From the IMG/VR virus record IMGVR_UViG_3300020345_000381, positions 6,474 to 70,473 of that record: 64,000 bases of DNA. The stretch is one strand, 5' to 3'. The DNA is from a virus. Its lineage: Duplodnaviria; Caudoviricetes. Under the pieces are notes generated by a model. It was not told the origin of the DNA. It made no database searches and was given only the letters and a program-made list of their open reading frames with translations. Position numbers and translations under genes: made by a program. This document shows positions 57,117 through 64,000 of this stretch, piece by piece. The stretch's first letter is position 1. Every line of letters begins with the position of its first letter.

Positions 57117-59843
57117 TTATGATTCTCTTATATAACATGTTACGATATCTCCTGTGTTAGCAGATGGGTATACTGTATATTGCGCACCTGTGACACTTGT
57201 AGATCCAGCGGAATACCATTGAGTCATTACGTTTTGATAACCTGAGTTTAATTGTAATTTAACATACCCAGTGGTTGAGGCTGGTACACTTCCACTACAA
57301 CTAAATCCTGGTCCACAAGCTGGCCATGTGTTAGCTGAGCTATACCATGCATCATGCGTTCTACTTACTACACATTTTATTGCGGTTCCTCCAGTCATAT
57401 TTACGGCTATTATTGAAGGTGCTCCACTTCCAATACCAACCCCATCAACACTTGAACTTGTAACACCTATTGTTGTAGGTCCTGTTATAGTTTTAGTACC
57501 TATTGAAGTACTTCCGCTAAAAAATTCAACATTATATATTGCTCCTTTACCATTTTGATATTGATTACCTGATAATTCCCAATCTATTTTCAGTATTACT
57601 GTTTTCCAATCTATTGTTCCTGTTACACTCCATTCAGAGGGTGTTCCATTAGGTGCATTAGTAGCGGGCATTGTTGCTGTTCCATCAATAGCTAATGCAT
57701 TGCCATTTACAGGCGTTCCTCCAGAAGATATATATTGACCTGTACTTACCATAGTAACACTTGCAGTTCCAGGTGAAATTGTCCAACCAGTACTTCCAAT
57801 TGATGCATTACCACTATCTCCTGCTGTGCCAGGACCTCCTGCAACATAAGCTGGTGGACTTAAATTATAACCAGCACTTGTATTATCCGTTATACTAGTA
57901 CTAGTCCAATCCATTGTTACAAAGTTTAAACTAGGTGGTGCTGTATAAACAATAGTACCTTGTGAATAAATAGTTAAACTTTGATTAGATGTTGCCATTG
58001 TTCCACCATAAGGGAAAGTTGCAGCACTTGAACCAGCAGCATCTGTAGAAAATGTAACTGCTGATGCATCATAATTTGCGTTTACAGCAACTCCTGGTTG
58101 ATTCCAACTAAAAGCATTTCCATTTACTAACCCTGTGATTGTTTGCCCGTAACTCGTGTTTGGAGTGTTTGATTGATAAGTATAAGAAATACCAGAACCA
58201 GATAATGTACCACCTGCTCCTGATACAGCTAAAGTATCTCCTTGTACAACGGTTAAAGTTGCACTATATGTTGTTTGCAATATTGTACCACTAATATAAG
58301 CATCTGCTGTAAAACTAGCCTGCGAAGGAGCAGTACCTGTAAATCCGGAATAACTTGGGCTTGGACTAAAATAATACCCACTATTTGCGGTAGCAGTAGA
58401 ACTAAAAGTATATTGACCAGTTCCTTGATCTACTACATCTGTATCACCTGTTTGATTACCACTTACTGTATATTGTCCTGCACCTATTCCACTTGTGCTA
58501 TCAATTATATTTAAAGTAACTGTACACTGAGGGGTTGGAGGTGGTGCAATTACTGCAGTGATACTTAAATTATCAGTTGTGTTACTACTTGGCATTGTTA
58601 AAGTACCAGTGCTAGCAGTTAATGAACCAGACGATAAAGTATAACCGTTTATAAGGGTTAATGTAATTCTAAATTCATAAGTAGTACCTGCCACTGCGGT
58701 TAAAGAACTTGAAGCAACCCAACCAGTTCCATCGTTTACTTCAACCGTTGTTGTATAACCAACTCCTAGCGCTCCACCTGTTACATTATAAGTTGGATTA
58801 AGTGTAGCAGTATATGCTGTACCTGGGCCTACAATTAAATATAAAGTATTTTTATCACAATTAACACCTGGACAAATTGCATTGTATTCACTAATTGTAA
58901 GTGTAACCATTTCTTTAGCTTTCCATACACTTGTAAAAGTATCAATATTTTTTACTTTCCCTACGTCTGCATCATCTATTTTAGTTTTTACAGTTGTTAA
59001 AGCTGAAGCTGGTACAGTGTTTAATTTAGCTGTTTTAACTTCACTTGCTGATAAATCTTGAAATGCTATTATATCATCAGGGCCTGCTGTATCAGCATTT
59101 GCTAATATAAAGCTATCAAGTCCTGCATAATCTATATCTATTTCAGCATTGGTCGATGCATTTGTTATTTCTGTTCCTTGACCTGGATTAACATTTGTAA
59201 TGGTTCCAGCATTAGAAGTTGTATTTACTGTAACTGCACTTGAATATTGTAAAGGCGTGGCGCTTCCAGATAAAGTTATATTTCCACCAGCCCTTGCTTG
59301 ATATACACCAGAGTTTGCTACAGTAACATTACCTGTTGATGGATTACTTGTTGCACTACCTGTAGCTGTTATAGCAACTCCGTTTAATACAGAGTCTACA
59401 GAAGAAAGTAATCCTAATACTTCTACTTGTACATTATCATTTATAGACGATGCCGTAACTCCTGTACCTGTAAATTTCCACTGAGCAGTATCTGTGGTTA
59501 ATGTATTTCCACTGTTTTGTGATATAATATCAGTGGGGGTAGGCCCGGGTTCTGCCCATGTATTATCCCCTCTTAAGTAAGTTCCAGCTGAAGGAGTACC
59601 GGTAGCAGACAGACTAGAGGTTAGAGTACCTGTAGTGGTGATTGGTCCGCCTGCTAAATTAACAAATGTTGAATTACTTGTTGATATTGATGTTACTGTA
59701 CCAATGCTTTTTGCCGCAAGTATTGATGCAACGATATCTGATACAGGTAAACTTCTTGTTACATTCTCTGCGCTAACATCTGTACCAATAAGGTAATCAG
59801 ATAGCTTCAGGGTACCTGAACTATATGAAGTTATACCTGCCAT
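57117..59843 (-). CDS. tail fibre protein with Ig-like repeats
   Basis: YLRGDNTW; SEYNAI...NTLYLI motif; beta-rich repeats. Confidence 0.75.
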   Translation of the reverse strand: MAGITSYSSGTLKLSDYLIGTDVSAENVTRSLPVSDIVASILAAKSIGTVTSISTSNSTFVNLAGGPITTTGTLTSSLSATGTPSAGTYLRGDNTWAEPGPTPTDIISQNSGNTLTTDTAQWKFTGTGVTASSINDNVQVEVLGLLSSVDSVLNGVAITATGSATSNPSTGNVTVANSGVYQARAGGNITLSGSATPLQYSSAVTVNTTSNAGTITNVNPGQGTEITNASTNAEIDIDYAGLDSFILANADTAGPDDIIAFQDLSASEVKTAKLNTVPASALTTVKTKIDDADVGKVKNIDTFTSVWKAKEMVTLTISEYNAICPGVNCDKNTLYLIVGPGTAYTATLNPTYNVTGGALGVGYTTTVEVNDGTGWVASSSLTAVAGTTYEFRITLTLINGYTLSSGSLTASTGTLTMPSSNTTDNLSITAVIAPPPTPQCTVTLNIIDSTSGIGAGQYTVSGNQTGDTDVVDQGTGQYTFSSTATANSGYYFSPSPSYSGFTGTAPSQASFTADAYISGTILQTTYSATLTVVQGDTLAVSGAGGTLSGSGISYTYQSNTPNTSYGQTITGLVNGNAFSWNQPGVAVNANYDASAVTFSTDAAGSSAATFPYGGTMATSNQSLTIYSQGTIVYTAPPSLNFVTMDWTSTSITDNTSAGYNLSPPAYVAGGPGTAGDSGNASIGSTGWTISPGTASVTMVSTGQYISSGGTPVNGNALAIDGTATMPATNAPNGTPSEWSVTGTIDWKTVILKIDWELSGNQYQNGKGAIYNVEFFSGSTSIGTKTITGPTTIGVTSSSVDGVGIGSGAPSIIAVNMTGGTAIKCVVSRTHDAWYSSANTWPACGPGFSCSGSVPASTTGYVKLQLNSGYQNVMTQWYSAGSTSVTGAQYTVYPSANTGDIVTCYIRES

Positions 59844-59855
59844 TTAATTTTTTTA

Positions 59856-59987
59856 TTATGGATAAACCTGTTTATCTCCTAAATATACCTCACTTACTAC
59901 GTTTTGAGGAGGTGCTGCTAAACCGTCACCTACGTATAAAGCGGCTATAGTGTAAGAGCCATCTGCTAAATGTATTGCTGCTGCCAT
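59856..59987 (-). CDS. 43-aa fibre-associated small protein
   Basis: MAAAIHLADGSYTIAALYVGDGLAAPPQNVVSEVYLGDKQVYP. Confidence 0.6.
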   Translation of the reverse strand: MAAAIHLADGSYTIAALYVGDGLAAPPQNVVSEVYLGDKQVYP

Positions 59988-59992
59988 AATTT

Positions 59993-60334
59993 TTATTTTT
60001 TGCTTTTTGTTACTATATTTTTTCTTTGGTATTCAATAGATTGTTTAGTAGGCTTTATCTGAGCTATTCCCTTATTTACATCATCATAATGCTTTTTCAT
60101 TTGAGAACCTGTAGGAAACTTTTTATTTAGTTTACTTAAATAAGATGCCGCTTTACCAGCTTTTAAAACCCGACCAATTGGAAGCATTGACATTGCAACA
60201 TCACCAGCCATACGACCTAATTGCTTTAATGTATACTTCGATTCCCTGCTTTTAGTAGTTGGGAACGATGTTGTACCTGATTTAGGCTGTGGAGCACTAA
60301 TACCTGTCTGATAGAAGGGCGGTTGCTTTTTCAT
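59993..60334 (-). CDS. basic hypothetical protein, first gene of the late block
   Basis: ORF track. Confidence 0.6.
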   Translation of the reverse strand: MKKQPPFYQTGISAPQPKSGTTSFPTTKSRESKYTLKQLGRMAGDVAMSMLPIGRVLKAGKAASYLSKLNKKFPTGSQMKKHYDDVNKGIAQIKPTKQSIEYQRKNIVTKSKK

Positions 60335-60417
60335 GTTTTTATATTTAAAGTGTATACTTACTATATTTACACAAAACCACTTGTTTTTACGTATAAAATA
60401 CTCTATTTACAAAAATA

Positions 60418-60508
60418 TGACACTAGGTAGTTACTCTTATACTACTTATAATGGTATTATATAGAATATAATACATAATATAACTAATAGTGACATAAGG
60501 TAGTTACT
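60418..60508 (+). repeat. 18-bp direct repeat pair
   Basis: TGACACTAGGTAGTTACT (60418-60435) and TGACATAAGGTAGTTACT (60491-60508). Confidence 0.8.
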
Positions 60509-60866
60509 TAAGGTATCTTTATTAGCTATTGTCACACTGCTCTGTAATTTGTTTGTAAGATAGTTAGGGGTATTGTATTCCACCTATCCCTCTGATTATC
60601 AACCAGTTAACCAAAGTCGTTTTTAATAGCCCCACCGCCCCAATTTATATATATAATTTTGTAAAAAGTTTCGGCTTTTACCATATTTCCCTGGAATGTT
60701 TTGACTTTTTCCTTAGATAGTACTAAACTAATCTAAATATTATAATATAATGACATTAATTCATTTCATTATGACAATATGACATATATATATTAATAAG
60801 ATGTCAATGTGTCATGTGGTATACATACCCAATATATTTCACATACAAATATTACTACACCTTTTA

Positions 60867-60898
60867 TACAATCTTAATACGATGTCTAATAGATAATA
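60867..60898 (+). promoter_or_regulatory. 32-bp early motif, copy 1
   Basis: TACAATCTTAATACGATGTCTAATAGATAATA, upstream of ORF 60955. Confidence 0.7.
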
Positions 60899-60954
60899 TA
60901 GATGTAAGAAATTAAGTAATAATACTAATACTAATAACAATAAATATAATAAAT

Positions 60955-61188
60955 ATGAATACTAATAAATTAACAAATAGATTTGTCATAAGTGTAAATG
61001 GCATTAAAAATAAAACAACTAACGAATTCGTGAATAAAAAAGGCGAAAGATTTATATATAATCAATACGTAATATTCACTCAATTAAAAGAAAAGTTTGA
61101 AAACATGAATTGTTTTAAAAAATATAAAACTTATACTTCAACTAATAATTTACCAACTTTCGTTAGAAATCTTGAGAAATTAGTTTAA
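60955..61188 (+). CDS. early hypothetical protein
   Basis: ORF track. Confidence 0.55.
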   Translation: MNTNKLTNRFVISVNGIKNKTTNEFVNKKGERFIYNQYVIFTQLKEKFENMNCFKKYKTYTSTNNLPTFVRNLEKLV

Positions 61189-61220
61189 TACAAATTAAAT
61201 ACGATTATAAGTAGATAATA
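61189..61220 (+). promoter_or_regulatory. 32-bp early motif, copy 2
   Basis: TACAAATTAAATACGATTATAAGTAGATAATA. Confidence 0.7.
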
Positions 61221-61273
61221 TAATAAAGAAGTTTTATAAAATTCGTTGCCTTCTAAAAAATATTAACGAATGA

Positions 61274-61317
61274 TTGAGTAAAAGGTTAATGTGAGTTCGA
61301 TTCTCACTACTCAACTA
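61274..61317 (+). ncRNA. tRNA-like minihelix (acceptor stem plus T-arm, no D or anticodon arm)
   Basis: TTGAGTA/TACTCAA 7-bp stem; GTGAG-TTCGATT-CTCAC canonical T-arm. Confidence 0.55.
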
Positions 61318-61448
61318 TGAATAAATTAAATAAAATATACAAAGAATTACAATTAATAGAAGAATTTGAATCTAACTTTAATATAACTAAAGAATCTAAA
61401 GAAAGACGAGAATACTTGTTAAAAATAATAAATAAAAATGAAAATTGA
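61317..61448 (+). CDS. early hypothetical protein (43 aa)
   Basis: Manual translation MNKLNKIYKELQLIEEFESNF...; ATG abuts the minihelix. Confidence 0.45.
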   Translation: MNKLNKIYKELQLIEEFESNFNITKESKERREYLLKIINKNEN

Positions 61449-61581
61449 TATAGAAAAAGAAGAAATAAATGAATTAATAGAATTTATTTTAAAGAATGAT
61501 AAAGAAAGAGATATAAATTTCTTAAAACTTCAAACAATAGATGAATTAGAAGATATAAAAGATAATATAATAAATAGATAA
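61438..61581 (+). CDS. early hypothetical protein (47 aa)
   Basis: Manual translation MKIDIEKEEINELIEF... Confidence 0.45.
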   Translation: MKIDIEKEEINELIEFILKNDKERDINFLKLQTIDELEDIKDNIINR

Positions 61582-61582
61582 A

Positions 61583-61774
61583 ATGAGTAAAACAAAAGAA
61601 CTTAGAATGATAATTGATTGTGTAAAAGGTATTGTACATGATGAATTAGTAAAAGCAGTTGAGTGGCAAGTAGATGACACTTCAGTTAGTGAATTAGAAA
61701 ATGATGAATTTAACGAAAGTACAAATTACATTATGAAGATAGTTTTAGAAGAATTATTAGACGAAATTAAATGA
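61583..61774 (+). CDS. early acidic hypothetical protein
   Basis: ORF track. Confidence 0.55.
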   Translation: MSKTKELRMIIDCVKGIVHDELVKAVEWQVDDTSVSELENDEFNESTNYIMKIVLEELLDEIK

Positions 61775-61778
61775 CATT

Positions 61779-61919
61779 ATGACAAGAAATTTATATTATG
61801 GTGCGATTTTAAGACAAAATGACATAGATGGTATGACATATTGTCATGAAATTGGTGAATGGATAGATACAGAAGAATTAATAAAACACTATTATGAAAC
61901 AGGTGAAGAAATACAATAG
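61779..61919 (+). CDS. early hypothetical protein (46 aa)
   Basis: Manual translation MTRNLYYGAILRQNDIDGMTYCHEIGEWIDTEELIKHYYETGEEIQ. Confidence 0.45.
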   Translation: MTRNLYYGAILRQNDIDGMTYCHEIGEWIDTEELIKHYYETGEEIQ

Positions 61920-62006
61920 AAAAACTAAAACTAAAAGAATTAGTTTATTTAAATTTTCAAGAGCAGAATTTGAAGCATTTGAAAGAGAATATTGGAAGAA
62001 ATATAA

Positions 62007-62038
62007 TACAAATTAAATACGAATACAAATAGATAATA
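62007..62038 (+). promoter_or_regulatory. 32-bp early motif, copy 3
   Basis: TACAAATTAAATACGAATACAAATAGATAATA, 15 nt before ORF 62054. Confidence 0.7.
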
Positions 62039-62053
62039 ATAATAAATAAGAAT

Positions 62054-62239
62054 ATGAATATAACAAAGAAAATGATGGACGAGAAATTGCTACAAATAGC
62101 AAAATTTGAAGCAAAATGGGGTGAAAACACTCATACCAGAGCGATGAAGAAATATTGCACGAATGAAAAATATAGAAATAATGTACATGCTTTTAATAAA
62201 GCAAGTGTTAATACAATGTTAGGTTATGAAAAATACTAA
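62054..62239 (+). CDS. early hypothetical protein
   Basis: ORF track. Confidence 0.6.
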   Translation: MNITKKMMDEKLLQIAKFEAKWGENTHTRAMKKYCTNEKYRNNVHAFNKASVNTMLGYEKY

Positions 62240-62386
62240 ATGGTGTTTTAAAAATAGTAGAAAACTAGGTAAAATTGAAGGTAAAATTTATGCCTTGAAA
62301 CTAATGATAAAAGGATTTTGTTCAGATGATAATCCTTTATTAGTACAAATAGAAGAAATAGAAGAATTAGTAAAAGAAATAGAATT

Positions 62387-62608
62387 ATGAATAGAGTAAT
62401 AAATAAATCAAGATTTAGAATTGGATTTCACATAAATAAGAAATATAATTTTGTAAAAGGATTAACAATAAGTCAAATCGTAGTGTATACTTGGATTGGA
62501 GTATTAGCGTTTACAGCTATTTTTGGAATAATTGCAGTATTTGCTACAGCGATTACTGATCCAGAAGCGTTTGGAAATGCTATGAATTCAAGTGGATTTG
62601 AATTTTAA
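62387..62608 (+). CDS. early membrane protein (1 TM)
   Basis: Hydrophobic segment IVVYTWIGVLAFTAIFGIIAVFA. Confidence 0.55.
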   Translation: MNRVINKSRFRIGFHINKKYNFVKGLTISQIVVYTWIGVLAFTAIFGIIAVFATAITDPEAFGNAMNSSGFEF

Positions 62609-62611
62609 ACT

Positions 62612-62683
<72 letters not shown>

Positions 62684-62849
62684 CTAATTTAAATAAAATA
62701 CAATGGTAGAAAAAGGAGCAATTATAACATTATTATTAATAGTGTTAATGTTAGCAATTATATATAAATTATTTAACTAATGAATAAATTAATTTGGAAA
62801 TTATATAATGAAAATATGATAAGTGAAGAAGTTGTTCATTTATTATTAG

Positions 62850-63104
62850 ATGAATTATATGGTAGAGAAAATAAAAAAAGATATTAAAATGAATAAACTT
62901 AAAGTAAATCATAAAATAACAATAACTATCACTAATTTATCTGATGAAAATAATTGGACAGATGGTGAAAGATATGAATTAGATATGATACATTTAGATG
63001 AATCAGAAGAAAAAATAGATAATAAATATAGAATTATTTATAATAAATCTAAATTAATAAGAAAAATAATAAACTTTCTTGAATTAAAATATAATAAACT
63101 TTAA
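62850..63104 (+). CDS. early hypothetical protein
   Basis: ORF track (true start may be the downstream MNKLK). Confidence 0.5.
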   Translation: MNYMVEKIKKDIKMNKLKVNHKITITITNLSDENNWTDGERYELDMIHLDESEEKIDNKYRIIYNKSKLIRKIINFLELKYNKL

Positions 63105-63105
63105 T

Positions 63106-63137
63106 TACAAACTAAATACAAATAAAAATAGATAATA
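63106..63137 (+). promoter_or_regulatory. 32-bp early motif, copy 4
   Basis: TACAAACTAAATACAAATAAAAATAGATAATA, 5 nt before ORF 63143. Confidence 0.65.
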
Positions 63138-63142
63138 AATAT

Positions 63143-63355
63143 ATGAAAACTATAAAACAAATAAATAAAAATTTAATTTCAGTTAATAAACAGTTTTATA
63201 AAGGTTATATACTTGGAGATTTACCTCCAACATTTTCTTTCTTATTTAAAGAAGAAATGAAATGGAATGATATAGAAGAAAAATATGAAACTATAAAAGT
63301 ATTTGGAATTAGTAAATGGTTTAATTATAAAGGTTTAACATGGATACAATTATGA
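63143..63355 (+). CDS. early hypothetical protein
   Basis: ORF track; YKGYILGDLP motif. Confidence 0.6.
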   Translation: MKTIKQINKNLISVNKQFYKGYILGDLPPTFSFLFKEEMKWNDIEEKYETIKVFGISKWFNYKGLTWIQL

Positions 63356-63636
63356 AGAAATTAACACAAGAAGAATTAAATCAAAGAGCTAGTGATAAAG
63401 CATTTTCTAAAATATTCTTTTTAGAAGAAGATTTAAAACAGGCTAAAAAGGATGTAATAACAGGTGGTGATGGTAGAAATAGTCAAGAACTATTAGAAAT
63501 ATGTCGAGATTCTACAGATAGAGAATTACAAACCTGGAATTATATAGCTAAATTAATAGAATTAGATAATAAAGAAGAAACTTCAAACATAGAAGTTTTG
63601 AAAGAATTAATTAAAATAAATAAAAATGGCGAATAA
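63340..63636 (+). CDS. early hypothetical protein
   Basis: ORF track. Confidence 0.55.
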   Translation: MDTIMKKLTQEELNQRASDKAFSKIFFLEEDLKQAKKDVITGGDGRNSQELLEICRDSTDRELQTWNYIAKLIELDNKEETSNIEVLKELIKINKNGE

Positions 63637-63760
63637 ACCAATAAAACCTTATATCTATCAAGTAACTTATGTTGAAAATGGTCATCAAATGTCGTTTCAA
63701 GGAAGTGCTAGAGATGTTATAATACATATATTGGATTCGCAAATTAAATATGGGAACTAG
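63626..63760 (+). CDS. early hypothetical protein (44 aa)
   Basis: Manual translation MANKPIKPYIYQVTYVENGHQMSFQGSARDVIIHILDSQIKYGN. Confidence 0.45.
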   Translation: MANKPIKPYIYQVTYVENGHQMSFQGSARDVIIHILDSQIKYGN

Positions 63761-64000
63761 AAGTTTAACAAGAGTAATACCAAGACAAGAAGGTGTTGCG
63801 TATGACAAAGGTCATAAGATGATCAAGAAGTCGATAATAAATATGTACCAACAATATGATGGTTATCCATCTTATGTAGGTGTTAAATTAGCTGAGTTTG
63901 TAAAACCAATTAAAATAATAAATGGTATTTCAGGTTCAGTTAAAATAGGTGAATATGCTAATGGTCCGGGTTGTTTAGCAGCTCAGATAGTGCAGGAATT
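63750..64000 (+). CDS. phage hypothetical protein (partial, runs off window end)
   Basis: Manual translation MGTRSLTRV...NMYQQYDGYPS...LAEF...ANGPGCLAAQ. Confidence 0.7.
   Translation, partial: MGTRSLTRVIPRQEGVAYDKGHKMIKKSIINMYQQYDGYPSYVGVKLAEFVKPIKIINGISGSVKIGEYANGPGCLAAQIVQE

Larger units (their letters stand above)
60335..60954. other. divergent non-coding control region (candidate origin, packaging or terminus region)
   Basis: 620 bp without a credible ORF at the strand switch; TGACA boxes and direct repeats. Confidence 0.6.

Noticed and set aside
12620-58514. Many 60-140-aa antisense ORFs in the track (e.g. 12620, 16246, 24444, 32933, 44258, 53551, 56657, 57271)
   Set aside because: They lie opposite long genes, mostly in the mirrored frame, and have the low-information composition of shadow ORFs; no independent signal
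46216-59843. DGR or invertible shufflon driving fibre variation
   Set aside because: No reverse transcriptase, recombinase, template/variable repeat pair or flanking inverted repeats recognised in the window

Overview
The window is most of the genome of an AT-rich tailed dsDNA bacteriophage with podovirus-like organisation and the standard code 11. Gene content and the A-rich leaders without Shine-Dalgarno sites suggest a marine Bacteroidetes/Flavobacteria phage resembling the Cellulophaga phi38:1-like group (inference, not a database result). There are three blocks. (1) + strand 1-7289: replication and nucleotide metabolism (primase-helicase C-terminus, thymidylate-synthase-fold enzyme, two all-alpha NTP pyrophosphatase-like proteins, resolvase-like endonuclease, class I RNR beta and alpha). 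(2) - strand 7370-60334: late genes (M15 endolysin, 2592-aa ejection/polyvalent protein, tail and adaptor proteins, major capsid, scaffold, portal, TerL, tandem GroES-like protein, holin, GroEL/GroES, six tail-fibre genes). (3) A divergent non-coding region 60335-60954, then + strand early genes with four copies of a 32-bp motif, a tRNA-like minihelix and an initiator tRNA. The strongest novel signal is a set of same-strand ORFs nested in the +1 frame of core genes (scaffold x2, terL x2, nrdB, nrdA). In the best cases the host gene's synonymous codon usage shifts sharply over the nested ORF. The second signal is a TS homolog with dCMP-type active-site residues, suggesting cytosine modification. 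No CRISPR array, integrase, transposase or reverse transcriptase was recognised.
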